DNA of 41,010 nt from a virus (lineage: Duplodnaviria > Caudoviricetes): positions 1 to 41,010 of IMG/VR virus record IMGVR_UViG_3300017910_000924. One strand, written 5' to 3'. Position numbers and translations under genes: made by a program. Of this stretch, positions 1 to 10,300 are shown piece by piece; position 1 is the stretch's first letter, and each line of letters begins with the position of its first letter. The notes under the pieces were generated by a model that was not told the origin of the DNA, did not search any database, and saw only the letters and a list, made by a program, of their open reading frames with translations.

Positions 1-2
1 AG

Positions 3-1172
3 ACTTATGACTTTGTCATCGGTAGTCGTGAAGATAAAGTTTCTCGACAGCCTGCGGCAGGCTCACTATTCCTATCACAGAACGGATCGACGTGGGCACC
101 GGATCAATCTAAGGACTTGATGTTCGAACTAGATCGCGCAGAGTTTGATACTTCGGGTGCGCTAGTGCTTGATAATGCACCTCTACCAAAGGTTACTCTG
201 GGTACTGATCCACTAGAAACCACTTCAGGTTCAGTATCTGTCAAGGTATATCATGAAGGTCATGGTTTCAGTCTGGGTGATAACGTTGCAATCTCAGGTG
301 TTGCGAATACAATTGGTGGCGTCGCTGCGTCAGAGTTCAACGGAACGTTCGATATCAAGAGTGTGAACTGGGATGGGTATACAATCGAGGTCGTTACAGC
401 TGCACCTATGTCAGGTATTGGTGGTGGTAATACAGTTGTTGCATCACAGCAAGTATACTATGATAGCTTTATGCCTCAGATACAAAGTGTCATCCCTAAT
501 AAGACAGCGGTTACTGCAAAACTATTTGACGCAAAGGCAAAGTCATATGGTGGTAACTCTTCAACCGACAGTCGTAAACTAGGTCAGTTCAGTTACAGTC
601 TACCAAGTAGTCTAGCGAATGCACGTCAAGTATTCTTGAACGATCATAATACAAACACTCAACCAAGCATTGTCGCTTCTTCAGAGAATGCGAGTGGTGC
701 AGAGACAATGAAGTTCAATCTTCAGATGACGACAAGTGACCCTAAAGTTTCTCCAGTCATCGATCTACAGCGAGTTTCTGTTCTTGCGTTAGAAAATGTT
801 ATTGACAACGTGGATGCTGCACAACATATCACAACTGCAGTGACTGTTAATGATTCTTCACAGGCAATCAAAATAGCCTTCTCTGGTAATCGACCACCAG
901 GCTCAGACTTTGAGGTCTATGTTAAGGCCGCGGCAGATGAAGACGCATTGACTGCCACTGACGACAATGGAGATTTCATCACAAACTGGACGCAAGTCAC
1001 AATAGACAAAGTTCAACCTAGTGATGAAAACCCAGCGACATTCCGTGATTATGAATACACGGCAGACGTTGATCAGTTCACTGCGTTCAAGGTCAAGATT
1101 GTAATGCACGCCAATAACTCATCTAAGTCTCCGACTATTAGAGATTTGCGTGCAATTGCATTGGTAGTATAA
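3..1172 (+). CDS. Large virion structural protein (DUF4815/VrlC-like), 5'-truncated by the window edge
   Basis: The frame is open from nt 3 (TYDFVIGSREDKVSRQPAAGSLFLSQNGSTWAPDQSKDLMFEL), so the 117 start is artefactual. GSLFxSQNxxTW..DL.F and the C-terminal SPVIDL..R / F.DYEY..F..KIVM..P.I.DLR.IAL motifs are typical of this protein in marine T4-like phages. Confidence 0.75.
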   Translation, partial: TYDFVIGSREDKVSRQPAAGSLFLSQNGSTWAPDQSKDLMFELDRAEFDTSGALVLDNAPLPKVTLGTDPLETTSGSVSVKVYHEGHGFSLGDNVAISGVANTIGGVAASEFNGTFDIKSVNWDGYTIEVVTAAPMSGIGGGNTVVASQQVYYDSFMPQIQSVIPNKTAVTAKLFDAKAKSYGGNSSTDSRKLGQFSYSLPSSLANARQVFLNDHNTNTQPSIVASSENASGAETMKFNLQMTTSDPKVSPVIDLQRVSVLALENVIDNVDAAQHITTAVTVNDSSQAIKIAFSGNRPPGSDFEVYVKAAADEDALTATDDNGDFITNWTQVTIDKVQPSDENPATFRDYEYTADVDQFTAFKVKIVMHANNSSKSPTIRDLRAIALVV

Positions 1173-1402
1173 TGAAATTTAAAAAGGTTGAAGGACACAG
1201 TAATTTAGTTAGAGATAGCAGAACAGGTGCTGTTTTAAATACAAATAAAACGGAGATAGAACGAGCGAGAAAGATTAAACAAGTAAATGAAGAGAGACAA
1301 CAACATATTAGTTCGTTGACACATGAAGTTAAAGAATTAAAGAAAGATATGTCTCAAATAAAAGATTTACTTTTTCGTTTAGTAGAGGATAATCATGAGT
1401 AA
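1172..1402 (+). CDS. Conserved small hypothetical protein of T4-like phages (C-terminal coiled coil)
   Basis: TAATG stop/start overlap with the upstream gene; VEGHSNLVRD..TGAVLN motif, then a heptad-like segment. Confidence 0.7.
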   Translation: MKFKKVEGHSNLVRDSRTGAVLNTNKTEIERARKIKQVNEERQQHISSLTHEVKELKKDMSQIKDLLFRLVEDNHE

Positions 1403-2753
1403 TGTACAAGTAGTCAATCTGGCTGATAATATTAATGCAGCGATACTAAAAATAAATCAAAACTTTGCTGGTGTTGATGCTGGTGATATCGGTGGTGGAC
1501 TAGATTCTGCAGAAGTTAGGGCTCTCATTACTGGTTCCGATTTGGACATGGGTGGTAATAAGGTTCTCTTTGGTAATGTTTACTCTACTATTGCTGATTT
1601 ACCAGATGCAGGAACATATCATGGTATGTTTGCACATGTACATAACACGGGTAAAGGTTACTTCGCACATGCTGGTCAGTGGGTAGAATTGGGAGGTGTA
1701 GACTCTTCTCAAATTAGTAATATCGTAAATAATATTCTTGACTCTGACTACTTTATTACAGTCATTAATCAAGACTATCTAAATCAGTTCACAATCAATA
1801 CCGACGTAAGTTACTTAGATTCGGACATTTCTGCTAATGCATCTGCGATCTTCCAGTTAACTTCTCGTATTGACGCGACTGACTCTGGCGTCCTAGTATT
1901 ATCGCAAGCATTAACTCAAACGCAGGCTGACCTAGATGGATTAGTACTTGATGGGTTTGATTCGGATGCTCTTGTTTCTGCAGTAACATCTGCAAACTCT
2001 CAAGTTATTTCTAGAATCGAAGCAACAGAAAGTGATTTGACTATATTTTCAGGGGTTCTTGATTCAGTCGAGGCACAATTAATTATTATCGATAGTGACC
2101 TTGGTGTTCGCATCGACGCAGAAGCAAACGCAAGAAGTCAATTGTCTTCGACGGTAACTGCGCAGGGTGGTACAATAACAACCCTAAGTCAGGAAGTTAC
2201 TGCATTAGACAATGCTGTGTTCATTCGAGATAGTGATGGTAACATAACATCAACCGCATTAGCATCTGCTGAAAATGCATTGACAAACCAAATCACTCAG
2301 GTTGACGGTCGTATCACTACTGTTGAGGCGGGACTAACTACTGACCTACAAGCATATGCAGACGGTGTCGGTGCATCGGTGACTAATACGTTAGAGGCTT
2401 ACGTTGATGCCGCAACCGGAAACACGACTGCGTCATGGAACTTAGACCTAACTGCTGGAGATACAAACAACCCATACGTTGCTGGCATAAAGTTTGGTAA
2501 CGATGGTGCCTCGGCAGACTTTGTTCTTTCTGCAGACACTTTCCAGTTAGTCACACCAACCGATTCAGATGGTACGGGAGGCATTAGTCCGTTTACAGTT
2601 ACCGCGAATGGTGTTGAACTTTCAAACGCGACAGTTACTGGCGCGATAGATGTCACTACAACAGATTCAGATGGGTCTATGAATATTACAGGTAATCTCA
2701 TTACCATAAGTGATGGCGCTGGAAATGTAAGAGTAAAGTTAGGTAAAATCTAA
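1395..2753 (+). CDS. Tail fibre/tail-tip protein: coiled-coil stalk with a C-terminus resembling the lambda gpJ/DUF1983 region
   Basis: SD gagg; LPDAGTYHGMFAHVH..GKGYFAH motif; heptad-rich middle; C-terminal YVAGI.FG......FVLSADTF.LV...PFTV...RVKLGKI. Confidence 0.6.
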   Translation: MSNVQVVNLADNINAAILKINQNFAGVDAGDIGGGLDSAEVRALITGSDLDMGGNKVLFGNVYSTIADLPDAGTYHGMFAHVHNTGKGYFAHAGQWVELGGVDSSQISNIVNNILDSDYFITVINQDYLNQFTINTDVSYLDSDISANASAIFQLTSRIDATDSGVLVLSQALTQTQADLDGLVLDGFDSDALVSAVTSANSQVISRIEATESDLTIFSGVLDSVEAQLIIIDSDLGVRIDAEANARSQLSSTVTAQGGTITTLSQEVTALDNAVFIRDSDGNITSTALASAENALTNQITQVDGRITTVEAGLTTDLQAYADGVGASVTNTLEAYVDAATGNTTASWNLDLTAGDTNNPYVAGIKFGNDGASADFVLSADTFQLVTPTDSDGTGGISPFTVTANGVELSNATVTGAIDVTTTDSDGSMNITGNLITISDGAGNVRVKLGKI

Positions 2754-3052
2754 TGAGTTACGGTCTATATATTTCAGACGGTGTTAATGGCGGAGTTATT
2801 ACTAATTCGAATACTGTTCTCAACGAAGAGTTTTCATATTCTCTTACTGCAACATTAGCCCCTAGTGCAAGTACTAGTGTACAGTTTTCAGGTGCAGGCA
2901 ATTCCGCATTGATAGGAGTCACCTTTAGTAATGCATCTCCAGAACAGAATGATTTATCTATTTCTAGAAATTCGTCAACTGATACATTGACTATTACTAA
3001 CAGTGGGGCAAGCGCTGTAACTTTTACTGCAGATTTTTTTAGGTTTGGATAA
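2753..3052 (+). CDS. Small tail-tip accessory protein
   Basis: TAATG coupling; N-terminal MSYGL.I.DG motif of the kind that follows J-like tail-tip genes; beta-rich composition. Confidence 0.5.
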   Translation: MSYGLYISDGVNGGVITNSNTVLNEEFSYSLTATLAPSASTSVQFSGAGNSALIGVTFSNASPEQNDLSISRNSSTDTLTITNSGASAVTFTADFFRFG

Positions 3053-3777
3053 TGGCAGATTACGGATTAACAGTTTATAACAACAACGGCGGACTAATGT
3101 TTGATACTCGCCGTGATATGAATAGTTACGTTGTTACCGAAGTGGGTACAGGCACCGCACCTAGTGATTTCAGTTTAGCTGATGGAGATTTCTTGTTCGT
3201 TGCTATTCCTTCTGGACAAGCGAATACGATGTCTCAATATGTAATATTTCTTGGACTGAATACCGGCACCTTGTCTGTAGAGTTTAGAGGATATCCTATC
3301 GACACTGACGGAGCTGTTGTTAGTCTCACATTAGATTATTTCGTAGTAAAACATGCGAAGAATGTTACTTCTACAAATACACACGGTTTAGTTGTGTATA
3401 ATGAAGATCAAACAGTACAGTTTGATAGTCGATCTGTAAAGACAGGAAACCATTTTACTATTACATCATATACTCAACCAAAATCAATAATTGGCTGGAC
3501 TCCTACTACTGGAGGAGTTGACTTAGGAGACCCTTCAGATTATTGGGAAATAGGAACTTGGACAAGCGGTTCATTTAGTTTTGAGGGTAAATACGTTAGA
3601 GGAATAAGACTTACTGCAGATCCTTTGTACTATAATTATAATAAGGTGACCAGTTCAAGTGGTGGCGGAGGCTTTGGCGAAGGCTTTGGTGGAGGATACG
3701 GAGGTGGATCCACAACAACCACCGAAACATATTATAGAGACAATCCTAGCATGATATTGTCTGCCGAATTAGTTTAA
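3052..3777 (+). CDS. Tail-tip accessory / putative receptor-binding protein
   Basis: TAATG coupling; internal duplication YGLTVYNNNGGLMFD / HGLVVYNEDQTVQFD; Gly-rich loop near the C-terminus. Confidence 0.5.
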   Translation: MADYGLTVYNNNGGLMFDTRRDMNSYVVTEVGTGTAPSDFSLADGDFLFVAIPSGQANTMSQYVIFLGLNTGTLSVEFRGYPIDTDGAVVSLTLDYFVVKHAKNVTSTNTHGLVVYNEDQTVQFDSRSVKTGNHFTITSYTQPKSIIGWTPTTGGVDLGDPSDYWEIGTWTSGSFSFEGKYVRGIRLTADPLYYNYNKVTSSSGGGGFGEGFGGGYGGGSTTTTETYYRDNPSMILSAELV

Positions 3778-3787
3778 AGAGGAAAAA

Positions 3788-4225
3788 ATGATTTACTATA
3801 TCGCGACTATTGAAGATAGTCAAATAAAAACATTAAAATTATCAAGTGGTGATAATGAGCCTGAAGGTGTACGTGAAGATGGCAATACTATTGTACACAT
3901 TGATTTTCCAATAGAAGACCGCTTTGAATTCATCAATACTCATTTTTGGGAAGGTGAATGGAAACAGCGTGAGCCTTCTCCAAACAGACATGCTGAATGG
4001 ATGGACGGAGAGTGGGTTTGGAATCACGAAGACCTAATGAACGATGTTAGGCTTGTAAGAAATAAATTGCTGTTTGATTGCGATTGGACTCAGTTGCCAG
4101 ATGTCGATCTAACAGAAGAACAAAAGGATTCTTGGACAACATATCGCCAATCCCTGAGAGATCTTTCATTCGTATCTTCTAACATTACTTGTCTAGATGA
4201 TGTGTCTTGGCCAGTGTCTCCATAG
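3788..4225 (+). CDS. Tail fibre assembly chaperone (Tfa-like)
   Basis: C-terminal R..RN.LL..CDWTQLPD.....W..YRQ.LRD....WP..P signature; SD agagg. Confidence 0.8.
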   Translation: MIYYIATIEDSQIKTLKLSSGDNEPEGVREDGNTIVHIDFPIEDRFEFINTHFWEGEWKQREPSPNRHAEWMDGEWVWNHEDLMNDVRLVRNKLLFDCDWTQLPDVDLTEEQKDSWTTYRQSLRDLSFVSSNITCLDDVSWPVSP

Positions 4226-4233
4226 TATAAATA
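4226..4233 (+). promoter_or_regulatory. T4-type late promoter consensus (upstream copy)
   Basis: Exact TATAAATA right after the chaperone stop, upstream of a terminator, so possibly non-productive. Confidence 0.4.
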
Positions 4234-4251
4234 TTTTTTTAAATAAAATTC

Positions 4252-4290
4252 AAAAATGTGTGGTTACTTCGGTTTCCGCACATTTTTTTT
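4252..4290 (+). terminator. Intrinsic terminator
   Basis: aaaaatgtgtgg...c-ttcg-g...ccgcacattttt stem with cUUCGg loop, then a T-run. Confidence 0.75.
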
Positions 4291-4292
4291 AT

Positions 4293-4300
4293 TATAAATA
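4293..4300 (+). promoter_or_regulatory. T4-type late promoter for the giant gene
   Basis: Exact TATAAATA about 50 nt before the GTG at 4349. Confidence 0.8.
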
Positions 4301-4348
4301 AAGTACGTTATAACCTTTAATTTTAACCCTAACAAGAGAGCGATTATT

Positions 4349-7300
4349 GTGTCAGCATCGAGCATACCACTAAAAATTAAAAATTCGAATGGTGACCTAC
4401 AGGAATTCACTCCGGCGCAGGAAAACTATCTTGCGTACGCAGTGGGTCAAGTACTAGCAGAGGCCTCTGCTGGTGATGTCGGCGATATCAGTCTAACAGA
4501 CGGTAACTCTATCGGTTCATTTACGGACGCGTACTATAATGAGCCAGCAGGAACTCACCCTCTGTCCAATCTCACAACTACCACAACTACTACTACGTTG
4601 AAGCAAGTTGCTGGTCCAGCTGATGAATCTGGTGCTGATTTTACCCGTCCTGTTGGTTACTATGAAAACGGACCAAATCCAGGCTTCTACGAAATGGTAG
4701 ATGCAGATTTGGATAATCTTGCGGGTCGTGTTATAGGCAACATGGCTCAGAACAATTATACTGGTACATTTAAGCTGGCGAAAACATCGCCAGGCGCAGA
4801 CTACTCTGTCTTCATTGAAAACGCATTCTCTGATACTCACGGTGATGGCACCGTCGAGAACTATAGCATTTATCAGCGCGTTACGATGCCTGCAGTTGAT
4901 GCGCATCGCCCAGTTACTATTTGTTATGATGATGATGCGTCAGTAGCAGTCAACCTTTCGGACGTTTCTTCACTTAATCTATATCAAGGTCAGGACACTG
5001 TAATTACTGCGGCTCCTACTGATTCTAACGGTGACGCAATTACTTGGTCGTTCGAAGAAGTTAAAAGTTCGCTCTTCTTTGCAGCAGATGATTATATGAA
5101 CGTATATGATCCAAACACTCTGCAACTGTTACATTCCCTTGGTCCTTTCCAGTCTAATTTGGGAACTCAGATCGGTTCTATGGCAGTTGGAGGAGGAAAA
5201 TATGCAGTTGGTGATGGAATACAAACGAACTCTCAGATTTTAGTTTATGATATAAACGATCTAACTGCAACACCAACTACGATTACAGATAGCAGCGATA
5301 ATGGTTTCGGTAAATCAATTGCTCTGTCAGATGATAAACTGTATGTTGGAATGTGGAAGAGCAATAATCGTGCTGGCGGTGTACTTGTATATGATCTTAA
5401 TGATTTAAGTGCCTCTCCTACAGAGATTACTTCTCCATATCCATTTCCGAATTATGGCCGATTCGGCGATAACAATCTCGAAGTTGTAGGCAACAAAGTC
5501 TTCATTAGTCAAGTGCGAGGACAAAATGGTGAAGGTGTGATTTATGTTTATGATAATAGCGATTTGTCTGCAACACCTATCGAAGTACGCGCTCCTGGCT
5601 CAGATTCATTCAATGGTGATGGTTTCGGTTGGGAAGGAAGGTTCGCTGTATCTGATACGCATTTAATTGTTGGTCAGATTTATGGCGGCAGTATGGCACA
5701 ACGTAGCACCCCGACACATTCAGGTCTTGTACATATCTATGATATCAGCGACCTTTCTGCAGCACCGAAAACAATTCAACCATTCGATGCAACAGCAAAC
5801 GGTTACTTCGGATACACGGTAGAAATTTCAAACGATTACATTGTTGTAGGAGCGAAGAATAACAATACTTCCATCGAAAGTTTTTACACGTATAACATGA
5901 GTGACATTTCTGGTGCGCCGCACTACGATCAAACATACAAACCAACAGTCACTAAAATAGAATCACCAGAAACTGCTGGCCAGCGTTTCGGTAAATCTAT
6001 CAGAATAATTGAAAACCAGATTTTCGTTTCCGTTGAACTGGGTGACACTAATGGAACAAACACTGGTTCAGTTTATGTCTATGATGCAACAGATTTAACT
6101 GCAACACCACAAGAGATCGTCGGAAGTCGCGATTATGCTAATTTCGGAAACTCTATGGTGGCATACAAAGCACCATCTGCAGCATCCAACGGTGTCACTG
6201 TAACACAATCTGATAACGTGTTCACTGTGACTCCTGGCTCATCTGCAGCATCTTTCAAATTAAGATTTACTGGTGATGAAACAAAGGACGTTGATTTCAC
6301 AGTATCCGCTGCACAGAAGTTTGACGGTTTCAAAGAGATGACCGACGCACAGATCAAGTATTCACTTGGTCAACGAGTCAAGTCTCTACGTGCAACTGCA
6401 GGTGCGATCGGTTCTTACCAATTACGATCTTCTGCACAAGGCGCACCTATCATGCCAGGCACTTGGTTGTCTGCAGGTACTGCGACTAACACACGTCGCT
6501 CGCTAGTTGATGTAGGGTATACACGTACTCGTAACTCATCGTATGTTCGTTCTCGTGTTTCCGCATATACTCGTGATCGTATTTCAACATTTACACGCAA
6601 TAGTATAGCCTCATTTGCTCGTACATTTACGGGTGATTATACGGGCGAATACTCACGTGGATTTACGGGTAATTATTCACGTGACTTTGTTGGTAACTAT
6701 TCACGTACTCGTACTTCTACGTTTGATGGAACATATACACGCGGTCGCCTATCAACATTTGCAGCAGACTACGTACGTAGCCGCGTATCAACATATGACG
6801 GAACTTTCTCACGTAACCGCCTCTCAACATACTCTCGTGAGTCAACTCGTTCACGTAACTCGGCATACACTCAAGTGTTTTCACGTACACGTGCTAGTGC
6901 ATTTATTGCGGACTACACTCGCGCACGTACATCCACATATGACGGAACATTCGCTCGCGACCGTATTTCTTCATACATAGACACTTATACACGCACACGT
7001 CCATCAACTTTTGCGGGTAATTTTACAACAACTCGTACATCTACATACGATGGTACTTTCTCTCGCGTACGTAATTCTTCATATACTGGAACGTATTCTC
7101 GTGATCGTGTTTCCTCTTATGCAGGAACTTACACACGTGAAAGAGCTTCTACATACACTGGAGAATACACTCGCGCACGTACGTCAACATTTGATGGTAC
7201 TTTCTCACAATTACGTACCTCTTCGTTTAGTGACACATACGCACGTACGCGTACGTCATCATATGACGGTACCTATGCAAGAACACGTACTTCTACGTAT

Positions 7301-10300
7301 GACGGCACTTATGCTCGCACACGTGTTTCTTCATACGTAGACACTTATACACGCACACGTAATTCAACGTTCTCTGCGTCATACACTCGTGAGCGTCCAT
7401 CATCGTATTCTGGTGAATTCACACGTAACCGTACGTCAACATTTGATGGGACTTTCTCACGTACTCGTAACTCATCATACTCAGGTACTTTTACGCGCAC
7501 TCGTGTATCGTCTTACATAGACACATACTCACGTGCTCGTATCTCATCATATTCTGGTACCTTTGCACGTAATCGTATCTCATCATATAGCGATACTTAC
7601 GCACGTACACGTAACTCTATATACACTGGACAATATACTCGTACACGTACATCGACGTTTGACGGCACTTTCTCCCGTGTACGTAACTCTGCATATGCTG
7701 CAGACTACACGCGCACACGTACTTCAGCGTACGGTGCAACATACTCAAGAGTCCGTGCGTCTGCGTATACGCGCACACGTCTAACTGCATTTACTAACAG
7801 TTATTCAGGTACTTTCAGCCGCGCACGTGTTTCAGTATACACTCGTGATCGTGTAACAAACTTTGCTGGTATCTTTGCACGTACTCGTACATCGGCATAT
7901 ACACGTGGCCGTGTTTCTACTTACTCAGGAACATTTGCACGTGCACGTACTTCGGTATACTCAGCGGCCTACTCACGTACTCGTGTATCATCTTATACAG
8001 GTACTTACGCAGGAACTTTCTCACGTACTCGTATCTCCGCATATTCCGATACATACTCCCGTTCACGTAACTCCGTGTACACTCGCACATCTGCAAGAAC
8101 ACGTAACTCATCTTACTCTGCAGACTATACTCGTACACGCGTAACAGACTACACACGTAATCGTGTCACCAACTTTGCTGGTGTCTTCTCACGTGCACGT
8201 GTTTCAACATATGCTCGCACACGTACTTCTGTATACTCTGCGGCCTATGCACGTGATCGCGTTTCTTCGTATGTTCGTGCGCAAAATCTTGCACAATTTA
8301 CTGGTAACTTTGCAGGAAACTACAGTCGTAACTTTGCAGGAAACTATTCACGTAACTTTGTAGGAAATTACTCTCGTGGTTTCGCTGGTAACTATGTTGG
8401 CAACTATGCTCGAGTTTCTACTCGTGTATCTGCACGTACCCGTTACTCAGCTTATGCACGTACGTCAACACGTACTCGTGCATCTGCATACACACGTGAT
8501 CGTGTCACTAACTTTGCTGGTAATTTTGTCGGTAACTATTCTCGTAACTTTATAGGAGATTACGTAGGAAACTATAGCCGCACATTCGTAGGCGACTACA
8601 CAGGTAATTACACTGGCAACTATGCAAGAACATTTACTGGAAACTTTGCTGGTAACTATGCACGTGCTTTTGCTGGTAACTACGCAGGTAACTATACAGG
8701 AAACTACACAACAACATTTACTGGTAACTTCGTAGGAAACTATGCTCGCAACTTTGTAGGTGACTACGTTGGAAATTTTGTCGGTAACTACGCACGTGCC
8801 TTTGCTGGTAACTTCGCTGGAAACTACGTAGGCGAATATACTCGTGCGAGACCATCGAGTTTCGTAGGTAATTATGCCCGAGGGTTTGTTGGTAATTACG
8901 TTGGAAACTTTGTCGGTAACTATGCACGTGCCTTCGCAGGCAACTTTGCTGGTAATTATACTGGTAACTATGCAACAACATTTACCGGAAACTTTGTCGG
9001 TAACTATGCTCGTGGATTCGCAGGTAACTTTGCTGGTAACTACGTAGGTGAATACGCTAGAACATCGACGCGTACATCAACTCGTGTACTACCATATACG
9101 CGTTCACTGAGCTTCACTGGTGACTTCGTAGGAAACTATGCACGTAATTATTCTGCTAACTATACTCGTACACCAGCATACACTCGTACACTATATTACG
9201 CAGGTGACTTCGTAGGAAACTATGCACGTACACGTACTGGTTCATATGAAGGCAACTACGCTCGTACACGTGTTACAAACTTTGCTGGTAACTTTACTGG
9301 TAACTATACTCGCGGTGTAACATATACTGGTAACTACAACCGTAACGTAACATATACTGGTAATTACGCCCGTAGTGTTGCATATACGCGTACTAGAACA
9401 GTAACATCAACTCAGGCAGCAACATTTACACGTACATCTACACGTACATCAACCACTTCTGGTACTACAGTAAATGATGCATATGTAGCGAACTACTTTG
9501 TTGTAACAACTGGTTGGGTTCGTGATAGTGAGGGTGGAGTAACAATAAACCAAGTTTACATAGATGGCATGGTTGTAGCTCAAGCTACCGGAGCATCTGT
9601 TACTCAAATCACTGCCGGTGGTGTAACATATTATCGTGGATCACATAGACAAAACTTCGGTGCATTTGTATCTCGATACGGTGTAACCTACCAAGCAGGT
9701 GGTGGTAGTTTTGCAGGCAACTTCGTAGGAAACTACACAGGAACACAAAGCTTCAGTACAAACTATACAGGTAACTATGCTCGTAACGTTGCATATACTC
9801 GTAACCGTGTGGCTGCAGTCGCTTATACAAGAAATAGAGCAGCGACTTTAACCTATACACGTGATCGTGTTACTAACTTTGCAGGCGACTTCGTAGGAAA
9901 CTATGCACGTAATCGTGCATTCTCTTATGAGGGTAATTATGCACGTACTTCAACGCGCACGTCTACAAACACAGGTTACTATACTCGTACGTTAAGCTAT
10001 ACTGGTAATTATGCACGAGCGTTTACACGTAATCGTACTCAGGTTTCAACTCGTACTGATACTTACACACGAACTGGTTCTTATGTCGGTGATTTTGTAG
10101 GTAATTATGCTCGTACTTCTACACGTACATCAACGCGTACTCGTTACTCAGCTTATGCAAGAACTCGCGTAACCAACTTTGTTGGTGACTTCTCACGTGT
10201 TTCTACACGTACGTCAACACGTACTCGTTACTCAGCATACGCTCGTACACGTGCAACAGATTATACTCGTACACGTAACAGCGCATACTCAAGAACTAGC

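Noticed and set aside
117-119. ORF-track start for the first gene
   Set aside because: The frame is open to the window edge and conserved motifs lie upstream of 117.
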